DNA of 63,512 nucleotides, counting the filler, from Dimargaris cristalligena (Eukaryota): assembly GCA_003614675.1 (NCBI GenBank). It is 21 parts of 21 records of this genome, joined end to end, with 100 filler letters (N's around TTAATTAATTAA, not from the genome) between each part and the next. Parts side by side here need not be neighbours in the genome. Positions count along the whole stretch, not along the records: positions 9,110 to 12,065 come from ML004066.1; positions 12,166 to 15,120 come from ML004067.1; positions 15,221 to 18,175 come from ML004068.1; positions 18,276 to 21,229 come from ML004069.1; positions 21,330 to 24,278 come from ML004070.1; 16 more parts are not named here. One strand, written 5' to 3'. Numbering within the stretch: the stretch's first letter is position 1; the number at the start of each line of letters is the position of its first letter. Below are positions 10,703 through 22,956 of this stretch, piece by piece. Below the pieces are notes generated by a model. The model was given only the letters and a program-made list of their open reading frames with translations, made no database searches and was not told the DNA's origin. Position numbers and translations under genes: made by a program.

Positions 10703-10906
10703 ATGGCTTCCCGCAGCTTCATCACTACCTTCGCCTACGTACTGACCGTCGTCATCGCCACCACCGTCGTTCAAGCCCAACCCATCCAAAATGGTCTTCC
10801 CGATTTGGTCAAGCGCCAGTTAGAAGGCGGCTCGGGCAATGAAATGAATGGTACTGGTCCGGGCTGGGGCAACTGCTGGAATGGCAGCTGGTGGATTGCT
10901 TGCTAA
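10703..10906 (+). CDS. Small secreted prepropeptide (67 aa) with a Kex2 KR site; predicted 29-aa Trp/Gly/Cys-rich mature peptide
   Basis: Signal-like MASRSFITTFAYVLTVVIATTVVQA, pro-region ending LVKR, then QLEGGSGNEMNGTGPGWGNCWNGSWWIAC. C-rich leader with CAACATG context; TATA-like sequence near 10558. Confidence 0.75.
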   Translation: MASRSFITTFAYVLTVVIATTVVQAQPIQNGLPDLVKRQLEGGSGNEMNGTGPGWGNCWNGSWWIAC

Positions 10907-11695
10907 GCCAGTTCAGACCCATCCGTTTGTTTCCTTGCTAACCCGTCCTCCCTACCTGCTCTTGTTAACCCGATGGTCAGTTGCCTGGTCTTACTCGAAT
11001 CATCCGGATTTATACCATATTCCATGCCATCAATACGGACTTCGCGGTCTCGCCCAGATTGACTCTCAATTGCCAGCTGAATATTTCGATCCGGCTAATC
11101 TTAGCACCCTAATTATGCAAATTCAAATAAAGCATCCTGAATGTTACCCAGTATTATTTACTCGAAATACACAAATCATTTTGGGAATGCAGCCCGCTAT
11201 TTCGTGTTTAGCGAAATATATAAGAGCCTATCTTAGTGGTAATTGCAGGGGCTTCATTTTAACGAAAGAGCTACTACCATAATAGCTGGATAGTGTACCT
11301 GACTACGCGGAATTGGACGCACTAGCTGGCAAACTTGACAGTATATTATTATTGTAGTTTCAATTATTTACCGGGGCCATGGCCCAGCAGCTATATCGTC
11401 CAAAAATTGGCAGGGTAATGGGTTGTAGGGACAGCCGCGGATGGACTACAGAGAGCTCATAATTTAATCCAATGGCCGAAGGGTCCAATGGTATTGAGCT
11501 ACTCAATATGAAAAGGGTGACCTAATGGGATCTAAAGCAGTTAACTATTACCATAATAAATATATTATGCATTTATAAACAGTATACAATATCCTAAAAT
11601 ATTACTTCTCACACTGAGCAAGAGCAACTCCAAATGTAGCTTACCCAGTATAGATACTATTCAGCAGAAATTATTTGGGGACGTTACTATAAAAA

Positions 11696-12065
11696 AGTGC
11701 AGGCCGCACCTAGTGAGATCCGACTGGTAACTGGTGCAACAGACTGGACATCAGCCCCGCATCACTATCATTTAAGGAGGCAATATGTAGAGATAAATTA
11801 TTTTTTTAGTATCTTTACACCGACAGGGACTAAAATTCGTACAATAAGCTCCTCATGTTTAAAGCCTTAGAAACTAAAGACCCCGTCTTGTTATGTGGCG
11901 AGCCTTTAGTCGCCCCAGCAATTCTCTACAGTCGATAGATATTCGGTCGTCCGCCTGTCCTTATATTCACCCGTGCCGATTAGTCATAAAACGCCGAAAT
12001 ACCAAAAAATTATTACACATTGATTACCACCAACCAAGTTAGGATGGGCGCCTCTCTGCATACCC
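11696..12065 (-). repeat. Right arm of the 370-bp inverted repeat
   Basis: Reverse complement of 9110-9479, reaching the contig end. Confidence 0.95.
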
Positions 12066-12165
12066 NNNNNNNNNNNNNNNNNNNNNNNNNNNNNNNNNNN
12101 NNNNNNNNNTTAATTAATTAANNNNNNNNNNNNNNNNNNNNNNNNNNNNNNNNNNNNNNNNNNNN

Positions 12166-12218
12166 AGAGCGTGAGACTCTTAATCTCAAGGTTGCGGGTT
12201 CGACCCCCGCATTGGGCT
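12166..12218 (+). tRNA. tRNA-Lys(CTT), 5'-truncated by contig start
   Basis: Anticodon arm TGAGA-CTCTTAA-TCTCA, T-arm GCGGG-TTCGACC-CCCGC, acceptor 3' strand ATTGGGC, then a Pol III poly-T terminator. Confidence 0.9.
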
Positions 12219-13131
12219 TTTATTTTTTGTGTACATTCTAGGGGGAATACTATGAAGGCTAACCTCAGGTGAAGTAGAGTTTAATTTAAAGTAAATCTAA
12301 TGTAGGTGACCTTTTAGTCATAAGTTGCTATCTATAGGGAATATAATAAAGGATAACTTGACCAAAAACCCTCAAAAGCTACAGATATAGAGAAGATTGG
12401 CCTCAGGGCCAAGTCATTCCTTCCAGTCACCAGCTCTTTCTATATTTTCACATTTTATATATAGGTAATAATACTTTTAACCCACAGAAGTGTGTTTAAA
12501 GAGGTGATATTGAAATCAACAGCTTAAATACACCTTGCTTACATGTGACATTAATTATTATTATTGTTTCTAACACTTTAAACACACATAGGTCATAATA
12601 ATTTCTTATCCCCTATACCCCCATCTATTGTAAAACATGAGTTCCAGCACCCCTGAATCTAGCCTATCTGTATCCTAGAGCAACCCTATACCTGTAATCT
12701 GGGGACCCTCTATTTTGGTTCTTAAATAACTGGGGAAGGAAGTGTTGGAAAGTATAAATGAATAAAAACTGCAAGCTATCTTGAATAAGCATATAATCAC
12801 TAGTAAAGATAGTAATGAATAAAGAAGAAAGCTGCAAAGAGAAAAACAACAACTCCAGTTGAGTTGTTTTATTGAATAGAGGATGCACCCATAAGAATGA
12901 AGGGGATGTGGCCATTGTATAGTGAATAAAATAGTGCTCACAAGAGCAGAATGAGAATCATGATTAATCATGTGATCTCTAACAGGAAGTTGAGGCCATT
13001 TTGTGCATGCCAAGGTCTATTACATTTAAGGTAGAGCAGCCCAGTACTATACATTTATAGCCCCACTTTGTAATATTTGAGCAGCCACTGACTATCACAA
13101 TACTGAATAGTATTGGAGAGATATACTAAAT

Positions 13132-13714
13132 TGTTACCTGGGTTCACTACTCTTAGTCCATCAAGAGTCCCAAGGGTAGGCTTCTAATGGTGGACAGGGC
13201 TTGGGCTTGGCTAAGCAGGTCCTAGTATTAGGTAGGGGTGCAGTACTAACTAATAAAGGCTACAAATGCAGGTACAGGCAAGGGACATGCAGTGAGCACA
13301 CTTACTAGTTAATATAAAGGTGGTAAGTATATATGGAGTTTATTGGGATAAACTAGGGGGGGTAAGAATAAGCTGGAGAATCTGACCAGTCCCAATGGGG
13401 CCCAGTTATATATATATAATGGCAACTCCAGAAGGAGGCCCTAGGGGGAAGGATACTACTAAGACTAAGATATAGTAAAATAGGCCAACCAGACAGTTAT
13501 TAGGATCTGGAAGACTCTGATGGTAACTGGAAAAGTTTTCAAATCAGCCCTCAAGTGATTAGTGCAAAGCAGTGGAACCTGGAAGGGGAATAGTTATATT
13601 ATAGGGTGATCCATAGTACTGGGTATGGTCATGGGAAGGTTAATATGGTACTATAGGGCCTAATGGGGATGGATACTAATATGTCTGGATTACAGTAGAT
13701 TGGATGGTCTGATA
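13132..13714 (-). mobile_element. Solo LTR (~583 bp), CpG-depleted
   Basis: Reverse-complement homolog of 18413-18994 and 56064-56648. Termini are TATCAG...GGTAACA; flanks TAAAT/TAGAT match at 4 of 5 TSD positions. Confidence 0.8.
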
Positions 13715-16662
13715 TAGATAGAATTTGCAAGCTAATAAAGTATATCAAAGTAATAATAATGAGAGAAAAGCCACAAAGAGATTCAGGAGAACCTCTTTAT
13801 TTGGTTTTATTGAGTAGTGACTGAATAGTTGATAATAGAATATAGATAAAGTCAGGTGAGTAAGATAAGTATGAGCATGACCCCAGTTGTGAGGTATCCA
13901 TTTTCTAACAAATAGTCCATTGGTTAGTATGATAGGAATATAAGTAGGTAAATTACGACCCAGCTAGATTATAATAGATACCATTTGTAATATGAATTCT
14001 CTAAGATATATCTACATCAGTGCAATAATATATATATATACAACTATGATAACTGCCGCTCTAGTAGAACCCATTTCCACAGGTTGTCTTCCATCAAACT
14101 TGCTGGATAATCTATATACAATGGTTATTATATCCATGTGGTTATAGAGGCTCAACATGCACAGGTGTGTGAGTGTACTTACACTTTGGTGAATATCAGT
14201 ATATATTGGCCAAGCATTCAAATGAGGCCCACATACAGCCCAGACTGCCCAATTGACGTATTCACCCAAAAAACCTTGGGCATTTTTCTGTAAATGAAGC
14301 ATAGTTATATGCATGCACATATAGTTGTGGATAGTGGCTCACATAAAATCTGTAATTGGCTAAACACATCATTCAGGGGTGGGTCATTAGAACTCCTCAG
14401 CAAAGGCAGCCATTACATAGATTAATACTAGTTACCTAATTCATGTTCTCGCCACTGCCAGATTCACAATGTGTATGTTCATTTACAAGTAAACCCGGAT
14501 ATGCAAAAAATTAAGTAAAAAATGGCAAATGAGAAAGTTCGGGAAGGAAACTCATTAATTCCGAGGTGTTTTATGTAATGGTAGTACTGCAGAGACAGGT
14601 ATCCAATGGACAGAATAAGTGGTGGTTGGTTTGGGAGGGACTGTGTTGCTGGAATTTAAAGTACTCGCCCTCCAATACTCTAGATAACCCCGGTTAAAAT
14701 TGAAGGCTTACATTCTATTCAGGGCTCTGTAGGCTATCCAAAATTTACCTGTGGACTAGTCAAACTCGTGGGTGAGAGTGAGGGAAAGAGAGGGTGATGA
14801 ATAATAAATAACCACTCACTTCAAACTAGTCTGTATACCCCATGCTCTAGCTGATGTCTGGAATGAGCCCATGCTCATATTGGTGTTGGGCCCCCTTTGA
14901 CTATTGTTGTGGTTGCAATTAATGCCACAAGGTAATATAGCCCAATAACCTTATCAGGGCCAATTGGAGCAGCCTCAGTTTAGTGGGAAAAACTAACTAG
15001 CTAAGTGAAACACGCACTTCGGCAGGGACAATTCTTATCTGATCTTCAGATAGGGACAACTAGGGCAACCGGGGATCACACAGGGATCCTTCTGATGTAT
15101 GGTAGATAAGGCACAATGAANNNNNNNNNNNNNNNNNNNNNNNNNNNNNNNNNNNNNNNNNNNNTTAATTAATTAANNNNNNNNNNNNNNNNNNNNNNNN
15201 NNNNNNNNNNNNNNNNNNNNTGTGGATGTAGGCTTATACTAAGACTTTCGGACATCGTCCGCAGATGGACTAACCGCCATAAAACCGCGAGGGGGAAAAA
15301 CTGGCTGGGTCTTCGAGTTCAAACAATAGCAGAAGAGGGAGGAAGAAAGAAAATTAAGGGAAGCTGGAAGACAAAAGGAATGTCTCGGATCTTCCAACAT
15401 TCTCATGTGAACAGGATATATATATATGTACGTGGAAACCTTGGGTGCCGCTTGTAGGTCTCGGAGTGGTCAATCAACGAGGGCGGGGTCATTCACTTTT
15501 ATCGAAGAGGAAGCGGAAAAGGAATTCGCTTTAGACGAGGATTAGCCAACATAGGTCTTCCGAATACTCATGCAAGGGTGTAACTGTAGATGTGGAATGC
15601 GCAGGCGTCACACGGCGAGGGGCGCGGCTAGTTTGTCTCGTGGAGAGGATAATCCATCCCGACCCATGTCAGTACACATTCCTAGGATAGTAGAAACCGC
15701 TCGGTTCATATTTCGCAAATGTTGTTTTTGTATAATTGCGCTAGAGTATCCTACGGTTGTCAGCTTGCAGGGCTATAGTTTGACTAGTCGACTATGGGTT
15801 GTAACTAAGCTGGACAGCATTTGGTGGGAGTTATACATTATCATGATTTCACTTCCCCACGAGTGGCTCTCTGTTGGGCAATTTCCATTGGCTGCAGTAC
15901 TATCCGAACCAATAATGGGCTGTGTTACGTAAACTCTGTACACTACCGACACACTTCCCCGTTATACAACTGCGTTAAAGCACTCATATGTTACCTACAG
16001 TGGCGTATAAGTTGGCAAGGTTAGCCGCCAATGAATAGCTTAATCGGCAGTGAAGTTTTTACAACGTGCAGCCCAGCCCGACGGTGAAGTCAGCGGGGCA
16101 AGGGAGATGGGGCTACGTATGACATTCGGATAAACGACCGCTGTATTTGAAAACACTCCTGCCTACTTTGTCCAATAGATAGAAGAGATGGATGTCTTGA
16201 TGAACACAAACCCTATTCCGAAAAGCCCACATCCCTGTAGCTCTTCTATTGGCTTTAACGGGAATCACTAGGGGGTGTTGTGCGTGGTACCACAACGGCT
16301 TACATATAGGGAAGGTTCGGCTGTACACTGAAATAAATTATCGGATCGATACGACGGGATGTGCTGGTAAATAAAAAAAACTCGCCCTGGCCGATTTTAC
16401 CCTTGACATTCCATTTTGGGTTTGATGACCAGTGAACTACCCCAATTGATTAACATGGCCGTGTTTTCTATAAAAGAGCTCTGTGTAGGTCTCACTATGA
16501 AGAATACATTACGCCTAACCCTAGATCGCTCTTTTCGTCTATCTAACTAGGGCCTCTATTTCGTCGACGCCCATCTGCTCACTTACAAGTATTTTTGATA
16601 ATCACGTATTTACGACAACTTACCTACGAGGCACCTGTTTTAGTATTTATTTTGAATACACT

Positions 16663-17916
16663 ATGCCTTCAATTACGCATGTGGTCCTGTTTGGAATGGG
16701 GTGTGTCGGGTGGATAAGTTACCCTGTGGCCGCCAATCCAATCCATAATAGAGTAAAATCATCGAGAGATGCCTCGTCTCATCAATACCCACCCTACCAG
16801 ACCAACTCTAACCCAGTATTATCCCCGAGCGACCCAGTAGAGGAAATTATGTATTCGGGAAACTACGAGGACAGCTGCCACATTTCCCCCAACCAATTTT
16901 ATGACCAGCTCTGTAATGATGACAATGATGCCCCCCAAACGCTATGGGGGTCGTCGTATTTCACTGACAGTGGAAACCAGATCCCGGGCTCTCCTAGTCC
17001 AATGCGTAACCCTGTGGACGTAGACGTGTATAGTTCTTCGAACCAACAAGGTCAAACTCCCGACGTTACCTCGAAACAACAACTAAAACTGGCCATGTCC
17101 CACCCTCCACTACCGTCGGATCCCCTGCGCCTCAACCAAATCCAGAGTCTCATAAACCATGGTGATGGTTTTTCGGAAGGGAGTTCTTTGGCGATATTTG
17201 CCAATGAGCTGGACCCTGACCACCTTTTTGACCCTAGCTTCATCGCTTGGGTCCAAGCAAAACTGGAGCCAAGCCACACGGCACCGGATGTTGATTTTTC
17301 CGAAGGAAGTTCCGTGAAAAAACCCAACGATCAGGCCGATGTCGGAAATATCCCGGGGACCGCTCCTTTGGAATTAAATGCCAGCGTGGTTGCCAAAGCT
17401 GGGGCGGAAATCAAAGCTCTTTACAAACAACCCATGACACCTATGGAATTTATAGCGGGCTGCCGTGCCGTGTCGACCCTTTTTAAAGGCCAGCGTGAGT
17501 TGTCAACTCAAGACAAATCTTTCCGTCCGAACTACAATCTATTCGCAGGCTTCTATAAAGCCAACAAGAGTACAGCCCAAAGTCAAAAATTGAAAGCCAC
17601 GGTGAGTTCACCTCGTCTGTACGCGGTTTTTGGAGGGCTGGCTAAAAACTTGAAAACCAAACGGTTGCTGTTGAGCTTAGCGCGGGATTCCTCCAAGAAA
17701 ACAATTACTATGCGGATTTTCACCACTAGTGACGGGCACCAGTGCGAGTCCTTGAAAAAAGTAATAGTGCAAAGGAACCAGCAACAATTATTATTTTCAG
17801 TCTATGTTTACGGGTCTGTTGAAGTTTCTATTAGGAGATTGATAAATCAGTGCAGGGCTTTTCGGGGGGACAACGATGATGTGTGCGTATATCATGCCAT
17901 TGAGGAGATATTGTAA
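16663..17916 (+). CDS. Secreted hypothetical protein (417 aa, single exon)
   Basis: Long ORF with signal-like N-terminus (MPSITHVVLFGMGCVGWISYPVAA/NPI), S/P/D-rich middle and basic C-terminal domain. TATAAAAG near 16468 and AATAAA downstream. Confidence 0.7.
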   Translation: MPSITHVVLFGMGCVGWISYPVAANPIHNRVKSSRDASSHQYPPYQTNSNPVLSPSDPVEEIMYSGNYEDSCHISPNQFYDQLCNDDNDAPQTLWGSSYFTDSGNQIPGSPSPMRNPVDVDVYSSSNQQGQTPDVTSKQQLKLAMSHPPLPSDPLRLNQIQSLINHGDGFSEGSSLAIFANELDPDHLFDPSFIAWVQAKLEPSHTAPDVDFSEGSSVKKPNDQADVGNIPGTAPLELNASVVAKAGAEIKALYKQPMTPMEFIAGCRAVSTLFKGQRELSTQDKSFRPNYNLFAGFYKANKSTAQSQKLKATVSSPRLYAVFGGLAKNLKTKRLLLSLARDSSKKTITMRIFTTSDGHQCESLKKVIVQRNQQQLLFSVYVYGSVEVSIRRLINQCRAFRGDNDDVCVYHAIEEIL

Positions 17917-18412
17917 CTACGGGGTTTTTAGTGGCCACTTCTTCTCATTTCATCGATTCCTTCGGTAAGTTCGCCCGAATTGATACGCCTAGCTGGTTGG
18001 ATATATTTGAACTGTTGCTTTTATATAGATCACCATAACACTTATGCGACACTGTTATTCATAAGCCAATAAATTACATTATGGAACATAAAGATCCAAG
18101 CAATGAACGTACAATGTACTTGTAACGATATAAGCGTTTAGAGATGACCCCAGTTTATCCAACGTCAATGTTGGTNNNNNNNNNNNNNNNNNNNNNNNNN
18201 NNNNNNNNNNNNNNNNNNNTTAATTAATTAANNNNNNNNNNNNNNNNNNNNNNNNNNNNNNNNNNNNNNNNNNNNCTCTTTCGAGTATAAATACTCCCCC
18301 TTGCTGCCACCTCTTGGAACAGCAAGTCTATCATCACCTTTCCCTTTTTATTATCTACTTTTTCAAATAAAGTTTAGTTTTCAAGGATTTGATTTCAGTT
18401 CTTTACACTTTC

Positions 18413-18994
18413 TATTGGACCTTCTAACCTGCTATAATAAAGACATATTAGTATCTGTCCCTATTAGGCCTTATAGTACCATACTAACCTTCCCATGACC
18501 ACACCCAGTACTATGGGAGACCCTATATTATATAGCTATTCCCCCTCCAGAACCCACCACCCCACACTAAATACTTAAGGGCTAATCCAAAGACTCTTCT
18601 AGTTACTATCAGAGTCTTCCAGATCCTCATGGCCATCTGGTTGGCCTATTTACCTTACCCTAATCTTAGTAGTATTCTTCCCCCAGAGTCTCCCTCTGGA
18701 GCTGCCCCTGTGTATATATAACTAGGCCCCATTAGGACTGGTTCAAGTCCTTAGCTTATTATTACCCCCTAGTTTACCCTAATAAACTCTATATATGCTC
18801 ATCACCCTTGTATTGACTAGTAAGTATGCTCACTGCATGTCCCTTACCTAAACCCACATTAGTAGTCTTTATTAGTTAGTGCTATACCCCTACCTGTTAC
18901 TAGTGCCCCACTTGGCTGAGTCTGAGCCCCATCTGCCATTAGAAGCCTACCCTTGGGGCTCTTAATGAACTAAGAGTGGTTAACCCAGGTGACA
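18413..18994 (+). mobile_element. Solo LTR (582 bp) with perfect 5-bp target-site duplication CTTTC
   Basis: Ends in ...CCCAGGTGACA; CTTTC at 18408-18412 and 18995-18999; homologous to the other copies; internal TATATATAA. Confidence 0.88.
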
Positions 18995-21329
18995 CTTTCC
19001 AAGCCTAATTGAAATTATTTGCTTCTTAATTATTTAAAACTCCTACCAATTATGGCCAATTATATAAACAAAAATAGATTATTGTCAAATTGAATAATAT
19101 CTGTATGGGTACAATATATCCATATCTTTTGAAAATTGATGTAGAAGAGCTTCTATAAGGTTGTATAATAAAATAATTATTGAATGACACAAATGTGATT
19201 GGATGAATATTCCCCCTATTCTCTCATATAAATCATTTTAAGCTATATGTAGCTGGGTGTGATTTTACCCATACCTTATTCAATTGACTGCTGTCTAAAA
19301 ATCTATCACATTGGCACACTATGGTCCAGGAGGTAGGCATAGCAATAGCAACAAATGGGAGGTGGCTATTGCTAAGTAAATTGATAAAGCCACCATAGTA
19401 TGCCTATGGTCCAGCAGTGGGAGTGTTATTAGGAATATTCATGGCAACAATAGTATAATACAAAGGATAGTCTGGGATACCAGTGTATTATTTAGTCCAT
19501 AAAGGCATGGTATAGCCACTAAACTACTCATCAAGCATATTTATTATTCCCAGTTCTAACTATCACAGGCACCAAAATCCAATAAGCAACTAATTAATAG
19601 TAACTTAATTCACATTATCTACTGCAATTGTACTAGGATAATAATAAGCAATTCCTGGACCATCTATGACTATAATACATTGCTGAAGACTGAAGGGATA
19701 CTCCCTTCTTATTAGTAGCATACCATTGGGCATTGACCATGTTATTACTAGTTTTTAGCCATTTGATCAACAGTCTAGATAGTCAGGTGGGGTACAACTG
19801 GATCCATTGGCAGTGCATTGCGGCAACTGACTGGGATTCTTTTTTTCAAATGTGCCATGCACTTAGTTCCACCACAGGGCCTAATGTTCTTCACTGAGTT
19901 GATTTTTTGTGAAAATAGACCCAACAGTGTAGGGTGCTTTACCAAATAGTCAACACATATAGCAAGTATTGTAGAAAAAATCGCCTGTCCAGATACATTG
20001 GTCATGGCCCAATTCCAGAATCGCGGGCTATAATTAATGGATTAGGGCATAACATTGCTACATTGTGCCTAATTGTACCCTAGTGCCCAGCTTGAATGCC
20101 AAATGACTTATTGTTGGCTTCTATGCTGTAATATGAATTGTCAACAAAGGGAATAGGTGGTAATGAATACAATTACTCATAACATTCCTAATAGCCATTG
20201 GAAACTAGGACATTGTTTCCCCAATAAGTCTATGGAATAGAACTAGAACTGTAGTTTACTTTGGTGGGAGTAGTAGGGTCACCCTATCCCACACTTGGCT
20301 AATGAAACCTTTGGTTAAGTGGTGTATAAAAAGCAGGCCGAAGTCCTCCCAAAATTTACCCTCATTATTTTTTAATTACTCGGATGTCACAAGACTTCAA
20401 TCATCCCTTACTCCTAGCCATTTGTTTGCCACCTTCTTTTCCCATTTTTTTTATTTTAAATATATACCCCTCTTACCTCCAAATAGCCACACTAAGGCCC
20501 TTTATTAGAAACCCAGTGACCAGTGCAAGGTTTTCCAGGTTGCTCCCTACAGCAATACAGGAAGTAAAATACATTATACACCCCCAAGGGGGTGTTACTG
20601 ACAGTTGCTCGCACGTTTTGGGTAGGGATTACCCAACTACAGAGTGAGACATGCCCCTATCTGATGCAGATAGGGGCCTTCCAATTGTACCAGCCGCAGT
20701 ATAACTAACCAAGGTGGTGCCTGCCAATGAGCAGGTTAAATGTCAATGTTTATATTTATTTAATAAATTTTTATATAAAGTTGTTTTTCGATGTGAGACT
20801 ACCTCCTATTTATATTGGCCGTTTTGTTTGATGGATTACTGATTAGTAAATGAGTATATGTATTTCAGATGTAAAATATGATAATGAGAAATGCTAAGGA
20901 GTCTAATTTGTAATTTTCCGTATTAATGATAATGCCAGAGTGGCTGCGTGAGGATTCAAGGGACTTTGGACGAGACCCTTTGTTGGTTTTGATGGAAATA
21001 ATTAAATTGGCTAGTTAAAAAAGGCACACTACCGTCCATACTACTAATCTGGATAGTATACTTTTGTCAAGGAGGTAGTTTTGGTCTTTTGAGCGATATA
21101 TCAATATTGTATTGGTCTTATTTAAATGGGATTCAGTAACAACTATTATTTGACATATGGGAGTAGTTCAACTAGGCTGTATAATGAAAAATCCATTTGA
21201 TGAGGCAAATACTACTGGTTGAATATAAANNNNNNNNNNNNNNNNNNNNNNNNNNNNNNNNNNNNNNNNNNNNTTAATTAATTAANNNNNNNNNNNNNNN
21301 NNNNNNNNNNNNNNNNNNNNNNNNNNNNN

Positions 21330-21951
21330 TGGTATTGCTTGGTGGTTTTTTTTATTTATTTAAATCATGCCAGACGTGTAATTTAACCCTCCGGGATTTG
21401 GCCAACGACCCCGAGGGATTTATTGAGCTGTACCAACTTTTCCTACAGCTAATGCTTTGGGCCCCTGTGGTTGGCCCGAATTCCGAAAATGTTTATGGTA
21501 AGCCTCGACTTAGGTTGGTTTAATATTTTGTCCACTACTGCCCATCACTATTTATTTGGGATTGTTACGGAAGTTAATGCCAGTTGTAGGATAAAAGGGA
21601 TATATTCATCCGTGTAATAATAGTTTCATATATGCATGCATCCAGTCGGCATTTATATTATTCTAACTATTAGATATTTCTTGGTCATTTATTTTTCTGC
21701 ACTCTATAGACCCCGTCGAAACCTTGCAACGACTACAACACCAACCCAACCAGGTACTTATCTCGGATCTCATCTACGGCGCCGGCGGGCTGCTTGCCCT
21801 GGTATCCCAAATGAAATCCCCTTCGGTTGGCCATAAGCACACGGATGATAAGGCTGGTGCTTGTGGTTGCCCCTCGCGCAAGCCTCAACTGTCTGGTATT
21901 CGGTCGCCTCCAAGCTGGACCCGATTCCTTCTAGTCTCTCCAAAAAAGTAA
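21330..21951 (+). CDS. Possible 3' fragment of an unidentified spliced gene; exons ..21497 and 21710..21951
   Basis: The phase-1 intron GTAAGC (21498)...CTATAG (21709) joins two ORFs in frame (..NSENVY-D-PVETLQRL..). No family recognised. Confidence 0.35.
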
Positions 21952-22812
21952 TGAGACACAGTAGTATACTTTGATAAGGTACAAGCAGTGGTATGATTTA
22001 CTGTCATCAAAATATGAGCAGTTCCTTGTTTAATTATTACCCTTAATCAAATATTTCAAATTTGTAGTATCAAGCTGTTTTTTCTACACGTGACTGATCC
22101 ATTCTACTAGTGCATAGCTCATATATAGAATCTAACCCACGAACTGGATGTGTTATTTTAAATTGTGAAAATCACAATATTAGCATAGAATAAATACGTA
22201 TGGGTGAAACTTGGTCCAGCTGTATAATGTTATCAATAATATATATATATAATGCGGTGAGGACGTCGGCTATCAGCCTTCACTATCTGGTTATCTATTT
22301 ACCCGGCGATTCCATTACGAAACCGATAATTATTGATGATTTCGATCGTTATGACCAATTTCTTTTGAGATGACGAATTGCTTGAGAATATTTACACGCC
22401 TTTCGGGAAGTTACTGCCCGATTATATAAACCGATCGTTTTACGACAGTTCGGGGTGCCCTCTTCCTCCTAGGAAAGCAATACGTTTTGCTCATACCTTT
22501 CCTGTTCTTTTACGACCATATATTTCTATTGCAACAACTATTATAAATATATATTTTATACATTTAATCAGCATTTTGTTTAGCAGGCTCATTGATTATA
22601 TTGGCAGTTCGATTGATATCATGCCACCTCCCTCTTTTGTTCCTTCTGGAGCCAACATTCCTCTCCCCATTGTGGCAAGGTGGAGTGTCCCCTTGATCAC
22701 CACAGGTATGAATTATTAATATTTGATTATTATATTTATATACAAGGTATAAAGTGGCTTTTTTGTCTGGTATATCCAGTTTTTTTCCCTTCCCTTTTAA
22801 CCCATTCCTTCC

Positions 22813-22956
22813 ATATGGGTGAACTTTAACCCAACTGTATAAGATTTTACACAATATGTGTATGAGATAATATGTGGGAGAATAACTTTTGACCAGTAAT
22901 ATTTACCTCATCAAATAGATGATTTGTTATACAGCCTAGATGAACTTCTGCCATAC
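22813..22956 (+). mobile_element. MITE-like element (144 bp), full copy
   Basis: Collinear with 35084-35227; imperfect ~30-bp terminal inverted repeats. Confidence 0.7.

Noticed and set aside
10817-10906. Mature peptide as a lasso peptide or other enzyme-modified RiPP
   Set aside because: Only a superficial Gly/Trp/Cys resemblance. It has an ER signal and KR site rather than a lasso leader, and no maturation enzymes are on the contig.
12166-13132. tRNA-Lys as primer-binding site or targeted-integration partner of the nearby LTR
   Set aside because: About 900 bp apart, the LTR is solo with a near-TSD, and the other copies show no tRNA association.
19290-20030. Possible decayed fourth member of the secreted F-box family on the minus strand (fragments such as AILELG...CYMC*LFG and GGFINLL...PFVAIAM)
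   Set aside because: Many stops and only short motif echoes; cannot be supported without a profile search.
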